Below, piece after piece: positions 1-8,363 of a stretch of 11,430 nt of DNA. The notes beneath the pieces are model-generated. The model was given only the letters and a program-made list of their open reading frames with translations, did not search any database and was not told the DNA's origin. The DNA lies in assembly GCA_018985225.1 (NCBI GenBank), contig JADGIF010000297.1, forward strand, positions 1 through 11,430, written 5' to 3'. Numbering within the stretch: the first letter of the stretch is position 1; every line of letters starts with the position of its first letter. The position numbers were made by a program, and so were the translations under genes. Source of the DNA: Amoeboradix gromovi X-113 (lineage: Eukaryota; Fungi; Sanchytriomycota).

Positions 1-2
1 TA

Positions 3-200
3 CAAAATGACTCTAGAAAAGAGTACCGTCTAAGAAAATGCACCTTTTGCTTAGATGCTCAAAGACCTCATATATTTGAACGAGATGCAGGGTCTTCTAC
101 TTTTATTTTAAAAAGAGGAATACAATCAATGAGAGAATCTTGGTATAACAGAAGAAGATCTTTTATTAATGATATCCTCCTTATGGAGCACCTCCTATAA
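3..200 (+). mobile_element. C-terminal fragment of a putative Fanzor/TnpB-like RNA-guided nuclease (5'-truncated by window edge)
   Basis: Frame +3 is open from 3 to TAA at 198-200: QNDSRKEYRLRKCTFCLDAQRPHIFERDAGSSTFILKRGIQSMRESWYNRRRSFINDILLMEHLL*. RLRKCTFC followed by FERDAGSSTFILKRG resembles the TnpB/Fanzor C-terminal pattern (second CxxC of the zinc finger, then RD-x-N-A-A-x-N-I-L carrying the RuvC-III Asp), in divergent form. Its 3' end lies in a repeated sequence. Confidence 0.62.
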
Positions 201-238
201 AAACGAGCTAGTCTAGTTTTTATATTTAATGTCCCCAC
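151..238 (+). repeat. Copy A of a dispersed repeat (putative element 3' end / omegaRNA scaffold)
   Basis: Matches the reverse complement of 11339-11430: 82 of 87 aligned positions identical by hand alignment, plus one 5-nt and one 1-nt indel. Contains hairpins CTCC-TTAT-GGAG (177-188) and TATAAAAAC...GTTTTTATA (196-204/216-224). The repeat itself is certain; the omegaRNA role is inferred. Confidence 0.95.
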
Positions 239-392
239 GAACTACAATAAATGATGTGTTGCATTAGAATCAATTAACATAATGAGTGGTTCCACGCAGA
301 ACCATATGGTAAGCATTTGGCATTGCGTATCATGAAAACCAAGAGCCTTTGTACTTTTCAGGAAATTAGGTGCATGAGAACAACAATTTTTA

Positions 393-1250
393 CTAAATGT
401 CTTTGACTTTTCTTGAAGGTGATTTAGAGTAAAACCAAGTACCTAAAACAACAAATAAAGCACCTAAAATCTGTATTATAGACAATTCATTCCCAAATAT
501 GTACATTGATATCCATAGACTTATATATTTGCGCAAAGTCAAGACCAGGTTCAGAGTCAATACTGTACCATGACTTGCTAATTCATTTACTCCCCTTATA
601 CAAAAAAGCTGAGTAAATACATTCAATGCAAAGGGTGCCATCAAGTTATTGTCATAAACCTGCACTATATCAGAGTAGATGCTTGAGGAAAACAACAAGA
701 ACATGGGTGTTGCAATCAGATGAGTGACAATTAAGGCTTCCTCCCAGTGACTTCCGTACTTAGAATAGACATGCTCTTGTATGAATCCTAGAACAACGGA
801 AGAAAACTGTCCGAAAAACAATAATATTAGGCCATTAGAGTAGAACCATCCTGATGGCTCATATGTGCTACATATCAATCCAAAAGTGACCAACAACATG
901 CTTACTATCTGCTTTAGCGAGTACTTTCTGCCAAACACAATTCCTAAGACTATTGTTAGCACTAAGCTAGAACTTCTCAAAATTATATGAAGAGGTACAC
1001 TAATTTTGTAGCCAAATGCCATGTTATTGAGTGTGTTACTAATCCAAAATAACATTGACATAAGGCCCCACCATCTCAGAGGAACCTGTAATGGTAACTT
1101 GAAATTCCTGAAATGAAAAATCAAAATTATTAAAAAATGAAAAAACGTTAATGTGACTCCAACATTAGGAAGAACCAAGAGTATTTTCTCCAGTTCAATA
1201 ACGTTAACGCAGCATCCGAGCATAACTTGACTAATGGCAAACGAACTCAT
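393..1250 (-). CDS. YEA4: UDP-N-acetylglucosamine/UDP-xylose transporter (YEA4/SLC35B4-like, UAA family)
   Basis: Multi-pass hydrophobic 285 aa protein with GCCVNVIELE, LNNMAFGYKISVPLHIILRSSSL, YSKYGSHWEEAL, TQLFCIRGVNEL and VLTLRKYISL motifs typical of YEA4/SLC35B4. Confidence 0.9.
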   Translation of the reverse strand: MSSFAISQVMLGCCVNVIELEKILLVLPNVGVTLTFFHFLIILIFHFRNFKLPLQVPLRWWGLMSMLFWISNTLNNMAFGYKISVPLHIILRSSSLVLTIVLGIVFGRKYSLKQIVSMLLVTFGLICSTYEPSGWFYSNGLILLFFGQFSSVVLGFIQEHVYSKYGSHWEEALIVTHLIATPMFLLFSSSIYSDIVQVYDNNLMAPFALNVFTQLFCIRGVNELASHGTVLTLNLVLTLRKYISLWISMYIFGNELSIIQILGALFVVLGTWFYSKSPSRKVKDI

Positions 1251-1376
1251 TTTAGTATTGAAATGTTTCTAAAAAAGAAAAGCATTTAAAAACTCACACT
1301 TCACATTATTTTAGGGATAGGTATATTTCCAGCACACTATGATCTATATTAAAAATTAAAGGAGCCGATCTTTGAC

Positions 1377-2087
1377 ATGGAAACTGTTCGTAAACTTCCA
1401 ATACCTGGATTATTTTACATTCCTAACTTTATAACAAAAGAGGAAGAAAAAAACGTTGTATCTATCTTGGATGCTAATGAATGGCAAAAAGTAATCAGAA
1501 GACGGCAGCAATTTTGGGGTGTAAAGTATTATCATACTACACATAACATTAGTACAATACAGCCAGTAGAAAGTTGTGAGAGTTTAGACATGAGAAAATT
1601 CAGCTGGTTACTTGAAAAAATTACTGATGACACTTTCAGAGACCTGCATGATATTTTTATTGATGAATCTCCAAATCAAATTCTTGTAAACGAATACGTT
1701 GAAAATTTCGGGATATCTACCCATTTTGACGACAGTTCTGCATTTGGCAAATGCATTGTCACCTTGTCTTTAATCAGTCCCATTTTAATGACATTTCGAA
1801 AACCCCTCCATCCAACGAATCATTGCACTACATTGTCTGATGAATTTCAATTGGTGCTTGAACCTAGAAGCTGTCTGATCATGACTAAAGAAAGCAGATA
1901 TAATTGGAGACATGGCATTACTCGCAGAAAATGGTTCGAATATAATGGAGAACAAATTCATCGCAATTTGGATTATCGTCGAATTTCCTTGACAATTAGA
2001 GAAGTCTTAAGTACCAGAAAAAAAGCAGAGTACACTGATCTTGGCCAAGTTAAAGTGGATGAATGTGAATGTATAATTGAAGAGTAA
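1377..2087 (+). CDS. AlkB-family 2-oxoglutarate/Fe(II) dioxygenase
   Basis: PGLFYIPNFITKEEE N-terminus, NQILVNEY, HFD (HxD), RYNWRHGI (distal His) and RRISLTIR (2OG-binding Arg). Confidence 0.9.
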   Translation: METVRKLPIPGLFYIPNFITKEEEKNVVSILDANEWQKVIRRRQQFWGVKYYHTTHNISTIQPVESCESLDMRKFSWLLEKITDDTFRDLHDIFIDESPNQILVNEYVENFGISTHFDDSSAFGKCIVTLSLISPILMTFRKPLHPTNHCTTLSDEFQLVLEPRSCLIMTKESRYNWRHGITRRKWFEYNGEQIHRNLDYRRISLTIREVLSTRKKAEYTDLGQVKVDECECIIEE

Positions 2088-2098
2088 GTAAACTGAAA

Positions 2099-3504
2099 TT
2101 ATTTATTTTTTTTCAAGTCTTGTGATATGTGCTCCACTTCCTGTAAATACTGAAATGACCTTAAAAAGCTTCTTTCGTAGTAGTTTGGCATATGATGTAG
2201 CATTCCATTTCCAAATGATATTTCCAACAATTCCCGAGGGTCTACTTCTTGCATTATCATATGAGACTTTGGTTTCTTCAATGGTGCGTCTCTGTAAATT
2301 CGCTTTTTAGTGGATACCTGAGAATTTTTGTGCATCCAGAATAGTCTTCCAGGAACCATCATCTACATTAGTTGCAAGATACCTGTGGAAATCTAGGCTC
2401 GACTGATTTACCTAATTCTTCATATAAATCAACCTTTGGATCATTTTTGTGCTTGTTAATAGTTTCTATGTGCTCTCTTAGCTTAACCATGGCACCATAG
2501 GATATTCGGCTTACGAAATCATTGTGATTGACAACACTGATAACATGCGTGAACATTGGAAGTAAGCTAGCTGTAACAGTAGGCGGAGCACCGTAAGAGT
2601 ACGCGCTTATAGAAAGGTGGGAGTACTCATCTAGCGCAAATCTGGAGAGTAGCACAGCGATGCATCCACCCATTGAATGGCCTGAAAAAACCACTTTGCT
2701 GGTATTAAATCTGGTGACCCAGACCTTTATCTGACTCTTTATCTCTTCAAATACCCTTAATGCTCCTTTATACATGCCCTCATGGACATATCCGTTTTTC
2801 CATGGGTAGTAGTTGCATACGAAATCCGTAATTGCATCTTGTACAGACATTGTCCCACGGACTACCACAACTACAGCATTTATGTTCTTGTCATAAATTG
2901 CGAAATAAGCAGGTTTGAAAGCTTTTACCCGCTCTGAATAGACCAAGACATGTTCTTTAGGCATATGAAGGTGTTCTCGAATAATTTTTTCATTTGATTT
3001 AGGCCTTAAAAAATCAACCAAGTAGGTGTTACCATGGCCGAACGTGTTCAAACCCTGCCACCCATAGGAGCACAACACAATGTTGAGATAGTAAAAAGAT
3101 TCTTTAAGATCAGCAACAGAAACTAGAGGGTATTTTTTCAGTTCGCGGTTTTGATGAATTTGAAAGTCTTTGAGAATTTTAAGAGCTTTGAAGCTAGATA
3201 CACTACCTACATTCCATCCATGTAAGTATTGCTTTAAAATTTCGGAAATTTGCTTACTCCAATTCTCACCGTCCTTGTCAGTCTTTGCCCATTCAATAAT
3301 CAGCGTCTTGTTGTTATCCTTAAGCTCATATTCAGATTGTTCCCGGATATTTGATAAACTGATTGACTCATCATTGACTATCAATTTTTCAAATAATATC
3401 ATGTGATGAGTTATCTCAAATTCTGCAACCTCGGCTGTGATCTTTCTATGTGCAATTGAGAACGTACAGATTTCTTTTGAAGACAACCGTACTTGAATTC
3501 TCAT
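2099..3504 (-). CDS. Class-3 lipase, diacylglycerol-lipase-like; exons 3504-2383 and 2362-2099 (461 aa)
   Basis: VVRGTMSVQDAITD, VHEGM, GHSMGG nucleophile elbow, YGAPP and NDFVSRIS. The two track ORFs join in frame across a 20-nt GT-AG intron, giving ...PRFPQ|MMVPGRLFWM. Confidence 0.9.
2363..2382 (-). other. 20-nt spliceosomal intron in the lipase gene
   Basis: GTATCTTGCAACTAATGTAG: GT..AG ends, branch-like CTAAT, and removal fuses two ORFs in frame. Confidence 0.88.
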
Positions 3505-3712
3505 GTTATCAAGGGGTGTGAGGTGCTTGCAAATGCATTATTTAAATTTAAAATCTGATTGGCTAATTATGGCGAGTTAATTTGTCATATTTCAAACATC
3601 TCGTCTAAAACGACAAGTGTATTTATTGTTATTCTCAATAAATAAGAAGGGACATGGTAATGATTTGCATTTTACAAAAAAAAATGGTGTGAAACGAGGT
3701 TTCTACTGGTAT

Positions 3713-4600
3713 ATGGTCATTAAACCATCCAGTTTTCTCTTGGGAAGAGGTGATAGCCCGAAATTGATAATAGTTGCTATAGTTTTGAAGATGGGATTGG
3801 GGCTAGTACACTATGTTTTAGTTGGTCCATTGATTTGGAATTTGATTCATCCTACCTTGGTAATTATACCAGGATATATTTATTTGGTCTCTTTCGTATG
3901 TCTATTTCATGCTGCGAACTCAAATCCCGGTACTCTTCCAAAATACATATGCCAAAGAACTACAACACCTCCCGGATTAGACTCAAATTCCATAGAACTC
4001 GGAAATAGAGAGTTTTATCCATACATGCCTAGAGATTCCCCGGATATTAAATTCATAGAGAGGAAAGGTAAAGAGTTGGAAATAAAATATTGTGTATCTT
4101 GTGAAATTTACAGGCCACCAAGATGCGCCCATTGCTCTGCCATGGACCAATGTGTAAGGAGATTTGATCATTACTGCGTGTGGCTTAATAACAGCATTGG
4201 AGAAAGGAATTACGTTTTCTTTTTTTGGTTTGTATTACTAACTTGGCTTCAAATGATTTTTGTATTTGCTATCAATTTGTATTTAGTAATCTCAATATCA
4301 TCGATGCCTATAGAGCTATTGTTAAGAGCCAGACCAACTTCTATAGTCTTGGCTGTTATCATGTTCTTTTTGCTCTTCTCAATGACCGGTCTTACAGGAC
4401 TGCATATATACTTGTGCTGGTAATAGTCCATCTCATTTAGTAACGATTTGACTACAAGAGAACATCTTAAAGGCATGAGCGCAGATGATGTTCAGCCATA
4501 TAGATCGCACAACATATTGAAAAATATAAAATCCTCATTATGCAGTCCCAAAGGACAAATAAAGCTCAAGACTGAGATCAAAATAAAAAATACTCGTTAA
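3713..4600 (+). CDS. DHHC-family palmitoyltransferase, Erf2/ZDHHC9-like (DHYC variant); exons 3713-4419 and 4441-4600; start uncertain
   Basis: SNPGTLP and KYCVSCEIYRPPRCAHC...FDHYCVWLNNSIGERNY. Splicing 4420-4440 restores HIYLCCNDLTTREHLK (TTxE motif) and PY..HNILKNIKSSLCSP, ending at TAA 4598-4600. The first in-frame ATG is at 3713; the track start at 3617 is GTG. Confidence 0.88.
4420..4440 (+). other. 21-nt spliceosomal intron in the palmitoyltransferase gene
   Basis: GTAATAGTCCATCTCATTTAG. It contains in-frame TAA TAG, and removal restores the conserved spacing to the TTxE motif. Confidence 0.9.
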
Positions 4601-4677
4601 ACTGCCATTTCTTTTTATTGCCACCATTTTTTAGAAACGAAATTTTTAAAAATCCATTATCAAGGTTTTTTATTACG

Positions 4678-5428
4678 ATGGGGAAGACTGCAAGTAACGC
4701 AAATGAAGGCACAAAAATATATCCTATAGAGATTCCTAAATCTATCCGTATGATTCTAATGGGACCACCAGGAGCAGGTAAAGGGACCCAGAGCCCTAAC
4801 CTTACTAATACTTGGCCAATTTGCCATCTAGCTACAGGTGATATGCTGAGACAGGTAATAAATCCTAAAAACGGGAAACTGACTGAAGTAGGTAAAAACA
4901 TAAAAGATACAATTGCCCGTGGTGACTTTGTTAAGGATGAATTGGTCATTCAGATGATAGAAGATGAACTGAAAACTCCCGCTTGCAAAGACGGGTTTGT
5001 TCTGGATGGGTTTCCAAGAACAAGAGGCCAAGCGGAAGCACTAGATGATATGTTGAATAAAATGAACCTAAAATTAGACAAAGTGGTCCAGTTAGATATT
5101 GCAGATCCAGTTTTGATTCGAAGAATTACAGGTCGCTTAATTCATAAAGCTTCAGGTCGAGTTTATCACAAGTATTTTATACTTACTTAGAGAATTTCAT
5201 CCTCCGAAGGATTTTATGAAGGATGATGTAACAGGTGAACCACTGTACCAGCGTGAAGATGATAAGGAAGAGGTTTTGGTAAAGAGGTTAGATAAGTTCC
5301 GACAGGTCACTGCCGAAGTTGGCCAGTACTATCAAACTCAGAACAAATTGAGCGTCATCAATGCAGATCAATCATCAAGATCGGTATGGTGGGATTTGCT
5401 TGGTATCCTAAGTGGAAATAAATCATAG
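4678..5428 (+). CDS. ADK1: Adenylate kinase (Adk1/AK2 type); exons 4678-5171 and 5191-5428 (243 aa)
   Basis: GPPGAGKGTQ P-loop, CHLATGDMLR, GFVLDGFPRT and RITGRLIHKASGRVYH. The spliced junction gives [27 protein letters not shown] (LID domain). The first ATG is at 4678; the track start is TTG. Confidence 0.96.
5172..5190 (+). other. 19-nt spliceosomal intron in ADK1
   Basis: GTATTTTATACTTACTTAG; removal restores the conserved YHxxFxPPK motif exactly. Confidence 0.95.
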
Positions 5429-5452
5429 AATTGATATAATCGAGTTTATTAA

Positions 5453-6071
5453 TCAAACAATTACACATTTTTTGTTCTTCTTTGTTTTTGCCAATAATGC
5501 TGCACGTGTGGCATACTCAAAGACCTCCTTTACACCTTCATTCTTCTTGGCACTGCACTCCAGGTATTTGTATGCACCGATTTTGTTTGCGATATTTTGA
5601 CCCTAAATCAGTACAGATGTTACTTGTTCGCTGCTTACGGGCTTTTGATTCATTTTTTGAAGTTCTTCAACAATTTTTGGATCATCACGTAAATCTTTTT
5701 TACATCCAATTAATAGCAATGGTAGACCTGCACAGAAATGTAATACCTCACTAATCCACTTTTCTTGGACATTTTCCAAACTATCAGGACTCGCAACACT
5801 AAAGCAGATCAGAATGACATGACTATCTGGATAGCTGAGAGGTCTTAATCTGTCATAATCTTCTTGACCAGCTGTATCCCAAAGTGCGAGCTCAACGCGT
5901 TTTCCGTCAACCTCAACGTCAGCAACATAATTTTCAAATACAGTTGGAACGTATACTTCAGGAAAAGTTCCCTTACTGAACACAATTAATAAACAGGTTT
6001 TACCACACGCACCATCTCCAACAATAACTAGCTTTCCTACATTAATATAGAAATATACTTCGAATGTCCAT
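5453..6071 (-). CDS. RHO1: Rho1/RhoA small GTPase; exons 6071-6059, 6036-5624 and 5602-5453 (191 aa)
   Basis: The spliced product is [41 protein letters not shown]...[17 protein letters not shown]...EQ|[19 protein letters not shown]...[18 protein letters not shown], with a polybasic tail and CAAX box. Confidence 0.98.
5603..5623 (-). other. 21-nt intron 2 of RHO1
   Basis: GTAACATCTGTACTGATTTAG with branch-like CTGAT; removal restores the conserved Rho C-terminus. Confidence 0.95.
6037..6058 (-). other. 22-nt intron 1 of RHO1
   Basis: GTATATTTCTATATTAATGTAG; removal gives the canonical [12 protein letters not shown]-terminus from ATG 6071. Confidence 0.95.
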
Positions 6072-6300
6072 ATTCAGAATCTCCGAGTTTCAGATTTCGA
6101 AAAATCTAAATTCACAACATCACATTCAATTTGAGAAGATGTATTTCTTCACACAATCAGATTTCAGACATTATTATACAGAGCAGTAGGAATTCGGAAG
6201 TTGATGTGTCCAAGAAAATTAAATTTCTCCTATAGGTATTTAGTAACTAAATTAACACGTGCAATTTTATCCAATTGATAAAGAATAGAAGAGATATTGA

Positions 6301-6582
6301 ATGTCCAACTTCAGCAAAGCATTCCTTCACGCAATCAATATCTACCCGACTTACAAAATTACGGGTACAGATAAGCAAGTTACAATCACTATCCCGTCAG
6401 CTACAAAACTTCCATACAAGACTACAATTAAAGGAAATTACAAAGATGTGCAGAACAAAGTTGCTGCAGTATTAAATTCTCACAGTTTAGATCTAAAAGG
6501 TGTTCGAGCAGTTGCTGCATTTTACAAGAAGAGAAGTGCGCAAAAAATCCCGAAGAGAAAACAGCTAAAAATTCAAAAATAA
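6301..6582 (+). CDS. Small basic protein, possibly a divergent, shortened 60S ribosomal protein eL28
   Basis: 93 aa and Lys-rich. QVTITI...YKTTIKGNYKDVQNKVAAVL...DLK...RSAQK loosely parallels the eL28 C-terminal half (VVVV...YVRTTINKN...PDLR...RSQK). A coding region is likely; the identity is tentative. Confidence 0.5.
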   Translation: MSNFSKAFLHAINIYPTYKITGTDKQVTITIPSATKLPYKTTIKGNYKDVQNKVAAVLNSHSLDLKGVRAVAAFYKKRSAQKIPKRKQLKIQK

Positions 6583-6724
6583 ATGGTTTTATTTTCTTTC
6601 TAGATTTCTTATATTATAATGAGATAAAAATCATGCGGTTAGGTTGGCTCGAATTGGGCGACACAAATCAAGTGACGTTTTTTATAAATTTTCTCTCCGA
6701 AATCAAGAGTGAAACAGTAACTTC

Positions 6725-7987
6725 ATGACATTTGAAAACAACCCTCAAACGGTTTCTCTACCCTTGCTTGCAATTGATTGCAAAACAGATTCTTTGGCCA
6801 AATCTGACAGGCAATTTGAAGATAATATCGAGAACACTATGCAAAAGCAGGAATTTCAAGAGTTGCAACACGGTCAAGGTTTGCAAGAGCTGCCTGTTCC
6901 TCCTATGATGCCTTCTGAGCAAGTGTCTATGATGAATGTTAATGCCACTGAGCATGTTGAAAGATTGAGATACTTTTTAGCCACTGCCCCTTTGAACTGG
7001 CTTCAAGAAGAACAGATTCGTAAACATTTGCTACCTTCTGGTGAGTATGTCAGCTGTGTATTGTGGAATAATATATTTCACATATCTGGTACTGATATTG
7101 TTAGAATTCTAGTGTTCAGATTTCAGGCCTATGGTAGACCTGTGAGAAATATTAAAAAATTTGAAGAAGGAATTTTTAGCGATTTGCGAAACTTAAAACC
7201 GGGTGTAGATGCTTCATTGGAAGAACCTAGAAGTGGATTTTTGGAACTTATGTACAAGCACAACTGCATCAGAACTCAAAAGAAACAAAAAGTTTTTTTT
7301 TGGTATTCTGTCCCTCACGATCGTTTGTTTGTAGATGCTTTAGAAAGAGATTTAAAGAGAGAGGCATTAGGAATATCTCCGACTACAATGCCTATTCACC
7401 CACCGCCACCATTACCTATGATTCTAGGACCCCCTCGTTCCCCTAAAGAAATAGAGGAAGATAAGCATAACAATCATTATCGTGAGGATGGCATGAAGCA
7501 GATGAATGACAATATGATGCCTCCACCTCAAGTTGAAGAATCTTCTGTTCAAATGGCTAATATGTCTGAGTTTCAAGTCCCTGGATTGTCTTTCCCATCT
7601 GCTATTCCATTTGATCCGTTAATGGGTCAGGATATGATGAATCCCATTGACACTCCCCCGACTGAAGCCGATTCTGCACATAATCAGATGTTTTATAACA
7701 ACTTAACCATGCCATACCAATATGATTACATGGCTTCATTAGCAATGTCCCCATTATCATCTGCACACTCTTCGCCTCAAATGAGAGCATCTGATGACGA
7801 GGAAAGACAGTACCAGTGCTCGTATGACACTTGTAGGAAGAAATTTAAAAGATTAGAGCATTTGAAAAGACACGAGAGAATTCATTCTGGTGAGAAACCA
7901 TACGAGTGCAAAGAATGTGGTAAGAGATTTACTCGAAGTGACAATTTGTCAAATCACATGCGAGTACACCGTAAAAAGGATGAATAA
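6725..7987 (+). CDS. STE12: Ste12-like transcription factor (STE domain plus two C-terminal C2H2 zinc fingers)
   Basis: [45 protein letters not shown] and [33 protein letters not shown]. Fingers: [51 protein letters not shown]. The STE domain is a fungal-lineage marker. Confidence 0.96.
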   Translation: MTFENNPQTVSLPLLAIDCKTDSLAKSDRQFEDNIENTMQKQEFQELQHGQGLQELPVPPMMPSEQVSMMNVNATEHVERLRYFLATAPLNWLQEEQIRKHLLPSGEYVSCVLWNNIFHISGTDIVRILVFRFQAYGRPVRNIKKFEEGIFSDLRNLKPGVDASLEEPRSGFLELMYKHNCIRTQKKQKVFFWYSVPHDRLFVDALERDLKREALGISPTTMPIHPPPPLPMILGPPRSPKEIEEDKHNNHYREDGMKQMNDNMMPPPQVEESSVQMANMSEFQVPGLSFPSAIPFDPLMGQDMMNPIDTPPTEADSAHNQMFYNNLTMPYQYDYMASLAMSPLSSAHSSPQMRASDDEERQYQCSYDTCRKKFKRLEHLKRHERIHSGEKPYECKECGKRFTRSDNLSNHMRVHRKKDE

Positions 7988-8363
7988 ATAGCTTTTATGT
8001 CATAAAATCAGCTAATAGAGTTTCTTAAATTCTCTAGTCGCAGATCACCAAGACTTTTGCGTTCAACTGTGCGATTGTTGCGTAACATAACCAGACAATA
8101 AATTAGAAACGAACAACTATCTAAATGCTATGGCTAACTGTTTTACTCGCTATACCACTGCCGAGACCATTTCTTCCTTTTGTTTTAAATCTCATCACGG
8201 TGGGCCCAATGACAAAGAAAATATATAATTTAGAAAAGGAGAGAAAGAGATGAGCTGGAAATAAGACCAAGCTAATAAATCTATTACAATTAGTTAAAAT
8301 GCAAGAACCGATATTTTAAACAACTTTTGTCAGTTCGGATCAAACACTTGAAATTACACTGTT

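Noticed and set aside
208-217. Helitron-like 3' end (hairpin followed by CTAG-T)
   Set aside because: Similarity between the copies continues about 20 nt past the CTAG, so this is not the element terminus.
287-304. Hairpin TGGTTC-CACGCA-GAACCA
   Set aside because: It is a single 6-bp stem outside the shared repeat, which is expected by chance.
3569-3732. Extra 5' exons or introns for the DHHC gene (ATG 3569 with a 42-nt intron; 24-nt GT-AG at 3709-3732)
   Set aside because: Both are frame-compatible but unsupported by conserved sequence and longer than the five supported introns; RNA-seq is needed.
4418-5605. Stop-codon reassignment (TAA/TAG read as sense) as the cause of the ORF breaks
   Set aside because: Each break is explained by a GT-AG intron, three of the five need a frame change, and TAA and TAG terminate genes at plausible C-termini.
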